Assembly (NCBI RefSeq): GCF_964204645.1
Contig: NC_134031.1
Location: forward strand, 1,240,001 to 1,304,000
Reading direction: 5' to 3'
Source of the DNA: Tubulanus polymorphus
Lineage: Eukaryota > Animalia > Nemertea
Length of the DNA: 64,000 nucleotides
Shown: one piece after another, positions 11,357 to 24,700 of the stretch
How positions within the stretch are numbered: position 1 is the first letter of the stretch
Layout of the letters: each line of letters begins with the position of its first letter
Program-made: the position numbers and the translations under genes
Notes under the pieces: model-generated
What the model was told of the DNA's origin: nothing
The model's database searches: none
Seen by the model: the letters and a program-made list of their open reading frames with translations, nothing else

Positions 11357-14300
11357 TCACGATCGGATTAGTTTAGTCACATTGTCGGTGAATTCATTCC
11401 TATTTCTACTACCAGCAAACTGAAAATATCAAAATAGACAAAGTGAGAAGTTTGGTCGGCTTTAAAAAGTGATAAACGCTAACAGTTGTTAGAGTTGTTA
11501 TTACCTTAATGAATGGAAACTGCGGATGAGGTGGAGTTAAATCAATAACTACAGCTATATCCATCAATCTCAACCAAACCAACTGTGCTTCTAACTGCTT
11601 CAAATATTCCACTGTATTTACACATGCCTGCATACAAATATACAAACAAACATGATCAGTTCCTTCATGAAATGTCTGCCTTAAATAGTTACCTAAATAT
11701 TTCAGGTTTTATATGTACCTTCTGTAATGCTGTAGGCTGTTGAGCGCTTAAGTAAGGAACGCATGACTCTAAAACATCACTACAAGCTTTACCACGAATA
11801 TCCAACTGTTCACGAATAAAACAATTAAGCAGTTAATTCAAGTAAATTTGCTGTGTTTGTAGATTGATTAGTAAATTTGATGTTTTACCTTTTTACAAAG
11901 TCTTCCTAAACCGGTCAATAACGCCAACTGCAGTTTATAAGCTACTGTGAATTTGTACGTCTGACCAGATTTAAAACTAATCATTGAAAAAAAAGAAATG
12001 AATATCAATCAATTTCGTGTTTGACAGCTGCTGCTCTCTGCCGGACGGAGGAACGATGATCACTTACCTTATCACAGACTGAGATCTCAGGAAACTATTC
12101 ACTTTCGGTAATGCCACTTTTCTTACTCTTTGATTCAGAAAATCACCGCAAACTTCACCCAACTCTTCTAATGTATGAAATGCCTGCAAAAAGACATCCT
12201 CGACAGTCAAACTAGCTTAAGCATTCATCACATTACTGAAGTCGCATCTATTTTTGAGTTCGAATTCAATTTACTGAATGTAAGTTCTTGTTTACATTAG
12301 TTGTAAACATAATTATCGTCCTATCTATAATTACTGAAGTAACTTCACAGCATAACAGTCAAAATCATTTAGATTCTAGAGGTGGAAATTGAGATGATCA
12401 CCGACCTTCAGAACGACTTGAGGATTCTCATCTTTGAGACGTTCAACTAAAGGCGGCCATAGTTTGTGAACGATTGGAAGTAATTCATCTGAAACAAGAA
12501 TAAAACAGTTTATCTTCGTGACGTTTTAAATAATAGAAAATCATGAGTATTTGATGCAGGAGACATGAGTTACCTTGATACAGGTGTAAAACCTGTGAAC
12601 CTATGACAACAGTATCTAATGCTAACAATCGTATCCGTATGATCTCATGAGACATTAAATGAACACAGCGTTCGAGAACTTGTACGACTATTTTCACATG
12701 AGTCGGAGCTTCCTTCTTTCCCTCCTCCTCATCAGCAGTGGCGGTATCTTCATCATCATTCAGTGTATCGTTAGTTTCATCCTCGTTTTCATCGATATCG
12801 CGACATGATGCGATTTCGTGATCTCGTCGACGCGTGATGAAAAACTGTTTCAGATCTTCAGCCGTGAATTCGCGAACCGTCGGATCATCAACCGATTCAT
12901 TCTGTATGATACAATACACAACACGAGTTCAAGGATTACAGCTCTTCACGTGTATGACTGGCAGAGACTGATATTGATCTCAGTATTTCAGAGTTTATGA
13001 GCAAAACCTACAGTTAATAAGATAAAAACCCACTATCTACAGATTAAAAGAATTTAAAAACAAGAATTTATTTATTCAATCTAAAATATATAGAATACTC
13101 GACGTTCTCAAACCTGACGATGATCTCTAGGGTGAGATCGAAACGTCGTGTCTTCTATATATTTTAGATTGAATAAATAAATTCTTGTTTTTAAATTCTT
13201 TTAATCTGTAGATAGTGGGTTTTTATCATATTATCTGTTCACCACGTTTGAGTGTGGTTATCGTTCTAAAGCCTACAGTTGATGATATAACAGTTTATTC
13301 TGAAATTTTCGACAAAACTTCATCATCAGAGAAATGAGAATAACATAGTGAAAACTTCGAAACTGTCAGAATAAACTTTTATATCATCACGTGGGTATTG
13401 TTCATGAACTTTAAGCGTTGTTTTCTTTGGTTTCCTGAAATGGAAGCCAAGTCATTCACGACACATACAGTAGTTTTCTAATTTCTCTCATCGACTTACT
13501 TCATTTCTAGCTTTGTCATCGGCCGGAAACCAGCGTTTGATCGCTAGAACTAAACTGTACAAAACCTGCATGAACAATACACCTTCATTGCCGTAATTAT
13601 CATCTAGACAATCCAATATCTGAAATTAATTACACAATGTATTTGAATTAAACTTTTTGTCCCAGCTACATGTATCTGAGTAGGAGATCACAGACAGGGG
13701 CTTGTCACAATGGTTAATATAATTCAAATTATCTTACGACCTGTAACAACTTGGCCCATGCACCGGTGATTGGTGACAATGAAATAGGCGCTTCATAAAT
13801 GTCGCAGTTTATCTATGATTATTAATGTATGGGTCCGCTCTAATGACCACAATCCCCGTACAGTCAACCCCCCGATATACCGCCCTCCCGATATACCGCC
13901 ACCCCTCCTCTAGCGCCAGGTTTTCTCCATCTCTATAAAAATAAGTAGTAAAACACCCCGATATACCGCCATACTCTCTATACCGCCAAAATCGTTCTGC
14001 ACCGATGAGGGCGGTATATCGGGGGTTGACTGTATATATAAAATAACCGCTGGATAGTGGTTCCACGCTTTATGAATTGTGAAGTTCCTCTGAAAGAGAC
14101 TTACATCGAGTACAATGTGATAGATGTACGGCAGTAACTGAACGTCGCAATGTTCTAACATAGCTTTCAACACGAGAGGTGTTCGTGGATTCCGCGATAG
14201 ATGTCTCAATTTTAGAGATATCAAATTCGCCAAATAGTCGCAATTCTGACAGATCAGATCATTCAACGAGCTACAATAATAAACAATGGATTCAAAGTTA

Positions 14301-17300
14301 GATTGAGATAATGATCAATTGGAAGGGGTGGCTCCACTTTCTGCCCATTTACAAATCTCCTGAGCTTTCCCTGATTTTTCCATGTGTTAACACAAAATTC
14401 CCTGAGTGAATCAGAGAGATTTTTAGGCTTAAAATATTACAATTCAATCATTTTTCATTGAATCTTATGTTGATAAAGAAACGTGTGGTCAACAGCATCA
14501 TCCGAATTCCCTGAGTTTTCCAGGTTTTTGGTAGAATTTTTCAAATTCCCCGAGTTTTCCCTGTTTTTTTCTGATTCCTTCAGTCGGCATATGATGGATT
14601 TGTGAAGGTACCTGTATCGACAAGAGTTGCAGATATCTAACAATGTGTTGTAAGCAGTTTGACTGATTAAACTATAATCATCACCGAGTTTCTCCATCAG
14701 AGGATACAAAACATCGATTAAACTGTTCTTAAAGTCCACACCGAGCACCTACAAATAAATTAACAAAACATTCAGAAAGAAAGCTCATCATTCTACAATA
14801 ACTGATACAGTACAGTAGTGTAAGGTACCTTAGCGAAGTTTCCGAGACCCTCAATGAGCAGACACGTCTGTAAGATACTGTCATGAAGTATCAGCGGTGT
14901 TGTGTTAGTTTGTTGAATTGTCGCTATAGCTAACAGTTCATCGACGCTACACCGCTGCTGCTGCTGCTGCTGCTGCTCCTGCTGCCAGTGATTTTGATCA
15001 CAGTTGCGCTGATAAGTAGAAGAACAAGTTGAATTCCATAAAGTGTCCGACAAATATTCACTAATCACTGCACTGAAAAATACAACAAATATAATTCACA
15101 GCAACATCAAACTAATAAATCCCAGAGATGCATACATATATACACACATACCTGACTACTCGCTGATCAACAGATGTGATCTGTTTCTCAGTAAACAGAG
15201 TATTGTCATTGATGCGTCCAGTTAATCCAAACACAATTTCATTAATCACTAATATCGCTTGTTTTCTGTAAACACTTGATGCGTGAACTTGTTCCAAGAA
15301 ATGATCCAAAAGCACATCGATATCACCTAGAAATCAGAGAGAAATATACACAACCTGACCAGCAGTGACCGGGAGTAGTGACCAATGAATGACTTACCGT
15401 AATATCCCAGACATCTACAAGCCGTTAGTAATTGTTTTTGTATGTTCTTATCCGTGAAATATTTAAAAGATTTCATCGGCAGTTGAATATAGCAGTCCTG
15501 CGCTGTAATATTGATAGCATCGGTTGGAACTGAAACGACGTAATACATACCGGGGTAATACATTAATCAGATACATTTATCAGTGTAGGTAATACATTTA
15601 TCAGTGTGTCATTAGGTACTTTCAGTGCTTTCACATATTACGGTATTACCTGTAGATAGAGTATCAGATAATACTTTGATCTGTGAAGATGGATCCAGTT
15701 CTAGTGATTGTAACAGAGCGATCGACAGACGTTCTAAATGACTGTATGACTGCAGTAGACTGCTTACTCTTGTCCCTACACAAATATACAGAAAACAGTG
15801 AACTTTAAGAGAGAAACTCTTGGTAGAGCAAACTCTGAATGTGGGATATTTGTAAATTACCGAGAAGTTTCAGATATCCTGTTAGTAACTGAAGAGTTGA
15901 TAGTATGACATCATCACCTGAAAAAAAGTCGATTCAAATATTGATTTGAAGTTTGAAACCATTAAATAAACACTCTGTGTTGATGATATAGAAATTCCTT
16001 CCTTTTTTTAAGAAAGGTTAAAAGTTAATGATTTATCTTTCGTTGTTAAGAATTGATAATATAGAAATTTTAACACTTCTTCCTTTCGTCAGTACTTTAT
16101 CTACCATTAACGATTTATCTTTCGATGTCATCTTTATTCCTGCAGAGTGGAATTCTAGCTAACCGAAAAAAGAACCTGGGACCGCAACCCCGAACGGTTA
16201 CCTGCAGTTCTGATAACTCGAGGTAGACTGGTCAGTAAAACGAGCAGATTCTCTTCCAGAATTTCTAGCAACAATTTGTTCGTTTTTTCATCTTGAGCCG
16301 CTTCAAAATTCTTCAATGCATCGTGACTAGCTCGTTTAACACTTGAATATTCATCACCGATAAATGATACAAGAACTTCTAACAGTTTAGGGACACTTTT
16401 CACCAAAATTCTGTAAAATAATCAGTTACATTACAATTACATATACTCCTTATGAATTTTTTCGGTTGACAAGTACAATGTATTAATTAGAATGATAGAG
16501 TGAAACCCGCTTATGCTTGGTCAGTTCGGGTGGATCAAATACAATCAGTTTATGAGGAGATAACCAAATAAAACATCATATTTCAGATATATTGATGTAT
16601 AGATGGATCATACAATCAATACTATCCAGATTGTGGAGCGGTATGGCCGAGCGGTTAGAGCGTTCGACTCTGGGAAGCCAGGTCGTTGGTTCGAACCCCG
16701 TACATTGCTGTAGTGTCCTCGGGCAAGATACTTATCCTCATTGCCTCTCTCCACCCAGGAGTAAAGCGCTCCGAGCAGCCTGGCTGGATTTAGCCCTATA
16801 TAAGACACATATTATTATTATTATATATATAGATTTGATCAAACTCCAAGATGGTTTGACTGTAAACACTTATGTAGAAGTGTAAGATAAAACTGTAGCT
16901 CTGAACTTACTTCGAAGAGTTATTTAAAAGCTGTTTTGCCCACTCTATTGCTGCGAGACGTATTTTCCATTGACTGTGACCGATCACAAATGTAGCAACG
17001 CGAGTTATTAAAACATGTAATTTATCAGCAGTTTCACGCGCCCATTTCTCATCTCTAACTATCACCAAATCTTTAAGCTTTTCATTCATCAGTCCTGCAA
17101 AAGAACAGATTCAATATTCATCTGAATCATTCTACTACAGTTTGATGTAGAGTAAAAAGCAAGGTTTACCACCACTATTATTGTCGCTTGTCTTTAATTC
17201 CAGTTCAGTCATTCGTAGTAATTCATCATTTAATATGAAAGTGACGATCTTCGACCAGGAATGAAGCGCCAACTAGAAATTAGAAGGACATATTAAATGG

Positions 17301-18921
17301 GTCACGTTGGATTATCGAGAATAATGTAGCTTGTACACCATACAAACCTGAATCAATGAAATGCCTTGTTTGGTATCAGTAGTGATAACCTGTACGAGAC
17401 CAATAGCGATTCCTGGTAGAAATGAGGCTGCTATGTTACTAGTATTCCACTCCTCACCTTCAAATAAAACATTTGATTCATCACAACTCAAACAGTCAAC
17501 CTCCTGTGTACCACCTGTCACATTGGTGATTTAAGATTTTGCTGGTATAGAGAGTATGGCGGTAGATCAGGGGTTTGGAAGGACGGGGGATTGATTTAAC
17601 GACAAAAATCTGTACCTGGCAAAAATCTTCAACATGATGAAGTTGGCCAGTAATAAGTAGAAGTAGAAATACCTTGTTGTTTACAGTGTGTGAGTTCTAA
17701 TAAACTCTCAACTGCTGCAGTTCGTAATGATTTCAGTTTTTCATGCTGCGCGAATCCAATCATTAAACTAATCGCGTGACCGATCAACGCCAGATTCTCA
17801 TTACAGAAAAACGCTTTCAAAACACTGGAAAATATTCCATCAAAACCATTAAACCTAATATCAAAATGAGTTCAGAACATGTGCATCTCTAATTACATAG
17901 TCAGGTACTTACTTTTGATCTGAACGATTTAATAAGGTTTTTATGAGACAAACAGAATAGAACTTTTCTTCTTCACTGACTGGAAAAAAGAAAATAAATC
18001 AAATTTGCAATATATTGTTTTTTATATTTAAACATCCAAATTTAGAATTGGTATATGTCTTACGATTTCTAGCTGCAGTTGGCGTGTAATGCGGAGATGG
18101 CCCCTGAGTCGTTGAACGATGTTGAGATGGCCCCAGGATGATCGTATAAGCCGTGAAAACGTCGATGAATAATTTCGGGATTCGGATCATAGTTCGTTCC
18201 ACGACGTATCGAATACATTCAGTCACAGAGCAGAATAATTCCTCAGAGCTGAAAAATGAACAATATCAAATTCAAAATAAGTTTAAAAACCTAATCTTTA
18301 TTCTGGACAGAGTTTCATGAAGGAAATCGACTTAAAGTAAACATGGTGGCTACGAGTTAGTTATCTAATCATTGGTGGTATTAAGCTTTTATAATCAGAC
18401 GGGTTTAAACCATCCTTGTGGCTTGTGAAAATATCTGATCATGAAACTAAACCACTAGTCTGTGGTCGATTAGGTAATTAACTAACCACATAGATGATAG
18501 ACAGGTTACCGCACTGACTAGGTGCTCACTGACCTGGAAACTTAGGGAATCAGAAGAATCAGGGAATTTTGACGAATTTTTTTGAGTTACTAAATCAAAT
18601 TGAAAAGTTAATCATTTACTTTCTAAACTGACTGATAACTTATTTTGTAAAACAAATCAATTATCTATTGTCATTTTGTGAATGTGATATTTATTGATGT
18701 TAATTATTCAGGAAATAAATGAATAAATGTTGTTTATGGGCTACTCACATTTTCAGTTGTTGTTTGAGTATAAGCTGAAGTGGGAATATGATATAAAGTT
18801 GCATGTCTTGTAGTTCGTCATCTTTACATTTTTTCAGCGTTGCTCGCAATTTCTCGACGCTTTCAACTGAAAATGATTTCGTCAACTCGACACAAATCGG
18901 TTTTAACTCGTGAAATGACAT
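11357..18921 (-). CDS. TTI1: TELO2-interacting protein 1 homolog (TTT complex, HEAT repeats; multi-exon)
   Basis: N-term MSFHELKPICVELTKSFSVESVEKLRATL...LYIIFPLQLILK. Internal ASFLPGIAIGL, VLYPLMEKLG, QNCDYLANLISLKLRHL, VLERCVHLMSH, LLPIVHKLWPPLVERL. C-term NEFTDNVTKLIRS*; stop 11357-11359. Confidence 0.92.
13016..13267 (+). mobile_element. Penelope-like element pLTR fragment with inverted 5' duplication and target-site duplication
   Basis: 86-bp inverted arms 13021-13106 / 13142-13227; flanking direct repeat AAA(A/G)CCTACAGTT at 13003-13015 and 13268-13280; hammerhead motif in the centre. Confidence 0.75.
13110..13151 (+). ncRNA. Minimal type-I hammerhead ribozyme motif (Penelope-type)
   Basis: AAAC-CTGACGA-T-GATCTC(TAGGGT)GAGATC-GAAA-CG-TC-GTGT: intact core, 6-bp stem II, palindromic ACGT in place of helix III, imperfect stem I. 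Confidence 0.78.
13861..14032. mobile_element. Tc1/mariner-like MITE (CAGTCAACCCCCGATATACC TIR, TA TSD)
   Basis: TA|CAGTCAACCCCCCGATATACCG ... CGGTATATCGGGGGTTGACTG|TA; second copy at 28294-28671. Confidence 0.8.
16635..16830 (+). mobile_element. tRNA-derived SINE with conserved central domain and (ATT)n tail
   Basis: Box A TGGCCGAGCGG 16644-16654; box B GGTTCGAACCC 16688-16698; central GTGTCCTCGGGCAAGATACTTATCCTCATTGCCTCTCTCCACCCAGG; L2-like tail ...TATATAAGACACATATTATTATTATTAT. Confidence 0.85.
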
Positions 18922-19928
18922 GACTTTCGTTCACCCAGTCCTGGTCGTCTCCACAGGGTACATCAGACACTAAGGACTACAAGGTTATTGGTGAAAACTC
19001 AAAGAACTTCGAACGAAGCTCTCACTCTCAGTTCATTGCGAACTACAAATCGATAATTCAATTATTAATGGGACTCGTTGTGTTGATTATTCTCCTGAGG
19101 TTAACTTGCTTTAATTGCGTCACTAATAACAGAATGACAATTCCTCAAAGATGACCAATCTCCTTATTTCGATCAATTCGTAAAAAAATTAATCGGGGAC
19201 ATATCATTATTGAGGAGTGCTAATCTGGGGACATATGATGAATATAGACGGCTTTGTCAAACTAAAACAAGTCTAAGGATTTATACAGGTTCAGGTATTG
19301 GACTTTAGTTCAGCGGCGAGTAAATATTTTTTCCTAGGTGAGAATATGCCAAGTGCCACTGAACACATGAACACATACGACCGCAATCCGGGGAAAGTGG
19401 AAACTGCAATGAATGGAAACAGCTTAGTTAATGTCTATTTCAACATGACTTGAGAGCACATCACTCATCATCATTAGGACCTGAGAAAGGACTGGCAGGT
19501 GACCTAACATCGACTCTATCCATTCTTCACTGTATTCAAGGATTGCAAAAGTCTGCATTAAAGGGGGTTCATGAGAGAGGATCGACTCTATACGGAGCCC
19601 CTGTGCTAATTATACCTCAAAATCTCTATGGTTTCAATGATTGTCCTACTTATGTATATATTTAGGTCTCCTCGTTTGGGAAAGTGTCCCTGGTATCCTA
19701 AGTGTCCCTGCATCCTAAGAAGAAATTGTGATACTGAATCGATTCACAGTCAATACGTCACCGAAATACGGGTTTCAAATGATAGGTCATTTCAGTTTGC
19801 ACACTACAAATCTTATTCTAGGGCGAATTCTTATTGTATAATTTAATTTAATCATTTGGAATCTCTGGATGCCAATCCGCCCGACCACCGTCGATCATTT
19901 CAAAACATTACATTACTAGGCTTACAAT

Positions 19929-20936
19929 TTACTTGCCACCAAACAGCGTCGTGCGCGCAGTTTTTCTGAAACTTCTACTCGCGATCATATAAATGATAAA
20001 ATTAATCGCTGAATCGATTGGAGTCAAATTGTTTAAAACGACGAACATTTTCCACATCGTCGGTGTGATTTCGTATTTAACAAAATAGTTGAAAATTCTG
20101 GAAATAATTGTCGGTGATTCGCAGACGAGATAAATAACTGTAGCTATGATCACTAGTTGTGTAGCTTTTGTGTTTGCATTCGTTTCCGTTTTCGGCGTCG
20201 ATGACGCCATGGATTTTCTATTTTTTATAGAACGACTGATCGACCACAGCAAAATCGTGTTTGCCAACATGAGAATTATCATCGGCGCGTTAACTGTAAC
20301 TATCAAATAAATCACCGTGGAGCTCAGGTCCATTGATTTATCTTTCTCGAATTTAAGATAAGTCGCGCTCGACGACGACGAATCTTCCGGACATTTAATC
20401 GGGATAATACGACCACCGAAATAACGATCGATATAAATCCCCGCCGATACGATCACAATTATCGCTATACTTAAATTAACAAACTTTCTACCGACGTTTC
20501 GTCTGGACCAGAACGGCAATAAAACGTGCAAGCACCGAACAACTGCCGATAGAACTACCATCCAATTACGAATGTTCACCGTTGACTTGTAGCTGGCGAC
20601 GCTGAGCCAGTTCCAGATTGGAAAGATGCCAAAATCCGGTCGACGAAACACTTCATCTCCATTGATCATTTGGAAAATAAGTCGACGCAATGGTCTATCG
20701 AGAAATATGTTTAAAAGATACACCGTATCGGCTATCGACAGCAGTGTGAGCAGATAAATAGCCTGCCCGCTTTCCGTCATTTTTCGAAGAACAAAAATTC
20801 CAAAAACGTTCAAAAATATACCCAAAATACAGATTGTACCGATACCGTACGATACGGCATAATGATAGTAGACTTGTAATTCATCAATCGGACATCGAGA
20901 ATAATTCATAGCGCGCGAGTGGCTGCGTTTAGACAT
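19929..20936 (-). CDS. Intronless class A (rhodopsin-like) GPCR, FMRFamide-receptor-like group
   Basis: 335 aa with 7 hydrophobic segments: GIFLN (TM1), LSIAD (TM2), VRC at the DRY position, CESP (TM6), DSAINFIIY followed by SRSFRK helix 8. Confidence 0.9.
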   Translation of the reverse strand: MSKRSHSRAMNYSRCPIDELQVYYHYAVSYGIGTICILGIFLNVFGIFVLRKMTESGQAIYLLTLLSIADTVYLLNIFLDRPLRRLIFQMINGDEVFRRPDFGIFPIWNWLSVASYKSTVNIRNWMVVLSAVVRCLHVLLPFWSRRNVGRKFVNLSIAIIVIVSAGIYIDRYFGGRIIPIKCPEDSSSSSATYLKFEKDKSMDLSSTVIYLIVTVNAPMIILMLANTILLWSISRSIKNRKSMASSTPKTETNANTKATQLVIIATVIYLVCESPTIISRIFNYFVKYEITPTMWKMFVVLNNLTPIDSAINFIIYMIASRSFRKTARTTLFGGK

Positions 20937-21769
20937 TGTGCTTTAGAAAATGTGTGGAAAGTTGATAATGAATGATGAAGCGCGTAATACTCTTCATCTG
21001 AAAGGGATATGAATGTTATATGAGATCTTGATATTGTGTTTATAATACAAAAGCATTGATTTACCAATTTATCATTTGTTCATTTTCTCTAAATTGGATT
21101 TGCCGTCGCATTCGACACGACTCTGAAATTCCGATTAAGTTGAATGAAATGAGGGACATGTGAATAGACGGTTTATAAATGAAATTGCCGATGTAAAAGT
21201 TTTCCGTAGAACTTTATGTTGCAAATATAATTTAGCTAGAAATATCGCAGATAAAATTGTTTCAAATACACGACTATATCGCGACAGGAAAGTAAAGAGT
21301 GTAAACTGGATATTTCATCAGAATCAGTCACATTTAGATCGGGTTCGAAACTGGTCCGTTCCTGTTCGTGCTCAGAATCATAGATCGCCATTTATTCAAA
21401 AGTGACTTTATCCGTTTCTCATATTCATAGCCAAGAATAGGAATTAGAAGATGGTGCTCGAATCCCTGACACCGGCGCCTCTAGTCAGAGCCGCGAGGGT
21501 TCGAACCAAATTATCCTCCATTAAGCATCCAATAGCTCTAATTCATATGTATCGATTATCGAAACATCGCACCACTAAATTCTAAAGACTGAACCGCTGT
21601 GACCGATATTTTATTTTAAAAAAAGCGATAAGAACGTCTTACATATAAATTAAACAGTGGAGGAGAAATGAACAATTTCATATTTCAATATATACGTTTA
21701 AATTGTTGCCTCTTTCCCGATTAATGAAACAAAATGTAGTTTTATCTCAAACGTATTGTTTACAAGTTG

Positions 21770-24700
21770 TTAAGATTGTCTATTGGCCATTTCATGTGTA
21801 AGCTGTTGGTCTATTGTTTTATGATCAGTAGTCAGATAAGGTTCTTTCAGCTCATCAGATCGGTGTTGATGGTCGTCGTCGGTGTTTTCGATTTTATTCA
21901 TCATTCTTGCGACTAAGTTTCCTCCTCTCTTCGACGGTGACGGAGTTCGAAGAGCCGCCGCGTGGGTTGTAGGATTTTCAGCGCCAGTAGTAAATCCGCT
22001 CTGTCTAGATGTACTACTAACGGTGTCATCACGAACTGTGACCACGGCGGCGTTGATATTCTCCAAATCATGTCCACCGGCAGCAGTAGCGACATCAGAT
22101 TCGATGTAATCGTTAAGACGTATTTGTGTATCGCTACTGCTCAATCGCTTGCCTCCCGCGCGGTGTTTCAGACCAAATGATTCATTTCTATCGTCGAATC
22201 TCGTGAATGTGGACCCAGTGTTCGCGCGTGTATCTGTTCTATTCGAGGTCGTCGGTTTCCTAATCTCAATCGGTATTTCATACCCGTCATCGTGCATGAA
22301 ATAATCACCTCGTTTATTCATATATCTCCCACTAAACTGATCGATAGTTTCGTATTCATTTTCCTTCGAATTTAAGAATCTCAGTTTCTTTTTGATGCGG
22401 TTTTTGTCCTCGGATTCCGGTGATTTGTGAACGAACGGAAACTTGTTTTTCGGGGTGGAACTTGTGAGAATCTCGGCGTAGATCGGTTCTGTTGCGGCTG
22501 CTGTTTGATTGTGGAATCTGATGAACTCTTGAGCTGAGATCTCTTGAAGGGAATCATCCATCGATACGACCGAACTAGCGACACTTAACAATACATCAGT
22601 GGAAACTATCTTCTTCGTGGGGGTCACAACTGATTCATTGTAATTCTCATTCATCTGAAACAATTAGATGTGTAAAATCAAGACTCAGTTCTACAGTGGT
22701 GAGTAAAACGTGACTAATGCATCACTCTGGAATTGACTTGACCAAAATGTGTAACTGGCACCCAAAATTTAGTTTTTAATATTGGATTTCCTAAAAAAAA
22801 CTAGACCATTTGTACTTTGTTCACGTCTGATATGAATGTAAAACAGGTTGATTACCTGCTGTTGCCCATCATTTATTAAATCTGTCGTTAAGACTTCGTT
22901 TTGGTTTTGAGATTGTTCGTCTGCTTGTCTTTCGTGTAACTTGTCGTCAGACAAATTGGCAGCGTCAATGACTCCCCAAAATTCTAAAATCACAAGATTA
23001 AACATCGTCAAAAACAAGACCCCGGCCGAACCGATCTTTCTAACCATATACCGACATTCACTTACTGTTTTCGCTCAGATCTTTCAAAGGGTTGTCAACA
23101 GTTGCGTAATCACGTAGAAAATCTTTTGATCTTTTGTGTCTAAAAATGAGGACATTATCATGCAAAATTGATATTGAGAACTGTTTTTACGGAGGAGCAA
23201 AATATACCATATATGACCATATGATTTATATCACAGCCATACGATTTGTTTTCTGAGTCGAAACTTCGACTTAAAACTAGAAATTACGACTTCAAACACT
23301 CGAAATTTCGACATATTTAATTTATCTATTAATTTTTAACTTAATTCAGTCGAATTTTACCTGATGTAGCAGCATAAACCAATAGCAGACATCATAGCGA
23401 TGAATCCTCCAATAGCGGCGCCCCAATTTATCACTTCACGCGGAATCACTGCAAGTTGAAATATGTAAATCATCGACCGGGAATCAGGGGACTGAAACGG
23501 CACGATAGATCTTACCTGATTCACAGAAAACTCCCTGGTATCCAGCCTGGCATTTACATTCGAAATGGAAGTATGGTTTATCGACTGTATCCCCGAATTC
23601 AATACACTGTCCATTATTCATACACGGCTGACTATTACAAGTCGAAACCTCTGAAACCAGTTACAATATAAAAATACTTTAACAGAAAAACTTTCAAAAA
23701 CCCTGATGTCATGACGTCATATATGTCACATCATCATGTCGACTCGTCGATTCATACATAGCTCTAATCGTCTGGTCAGCGTGGCTGAATGGATGGGGTG
23801 ACCACAACCGAGGCCAGGGCCACTTGATTGGCCCAGTCCATGAACAACTTTGATTCTATAGTCAATATAACAACGAAACACCAGTCTTAGGATTGAAAAC
23901 CACTTCTGGAGTTAAGCTGCTGGTTCTGGGTTAGGAGATCGACACACGCGTTTTCATACCGCACAAAAGCTTTTCCATTTAAACTGTTTCTGTATCTACT
24001 AACTAATTGATTGTTCTGGTTTGTCTGTATTTCACCACTACACGTACCGATCGGATTGTCAGACGTTTCAATTTCTCCAGCCTTGTCAATAACGATACAA
24101 TGATAACTTCCTTGGTCGAATAATTCGACGTGGTCGACTATCAGGAATTTACCATCGATTCGATATCTATGAATGGAAAATTAATACGTCGTGTGAGTTA
24201 GTCAGTGAATACTGAATCCACGGAGAGGTCGGGGTTTGCGGTGACCGAAAATAAAGCTCACGCTTATGTTTGTTAGATCAGAATCCTCGCCCGAATACAT
24301 CAGCGATACGCCCTCTTTTATCGATTATGGCACCTACCCAGCATCTGTCAAGGTCGCATCAATTTTCTGTCCTTTCGGTGAAATCCAGTACATATCAACA
24401 GGGGTCATATTTACTGGATATTTACATTCTAACCGCACCGCTCCTCCTTCATTCACTAACTTCACACCATCGACAGCACCTTAAAACAAAAATCAAGAAA
24501 CATTTTTAAATTGAGATCAATTTCTTTATGATTTCTAGTATCTATAATATGAAACAACTCGTATATACCGATATTACAAGCTTGAAGTAGACACGATTTC
24601 TGTTCTGTGCTTGAACCCAAACAGTGTATGATGAATTCTCCGGTGACCGGGTGCGTGCAGGTGCGACTTCGAGACATCGTTCCCTTTCCGCAGGTTACAG

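Larger units (their letters stand above)
12992..13410. mobile_element. MITE with long imperfect TIRs whose left TIR is interrupted by a Penelope-like insertion
   Basis: Left AGTTTATGAGCAAAACCTACAGT[insert]TGATGATATAACAGTTTATTCTGA matches the reverse complement of right TCAGAATAAACTTTTATATCATCACGTGGGTATTGTTCATGAACT. Confidence 0.6.

Noticed and set aside
16635-16705. tRNA gene
   Set aside because: It has A and B boxes but no acceptor-stem closure, and it continues into a SINE body and (ATT)n tail.
23516-23650. Neuregulin/EGFR-ligand assignment
   Set aside because: Cys spacing is C-x4-C rather than C-x7-C, and the conserved Arg before the last Cys is absent.
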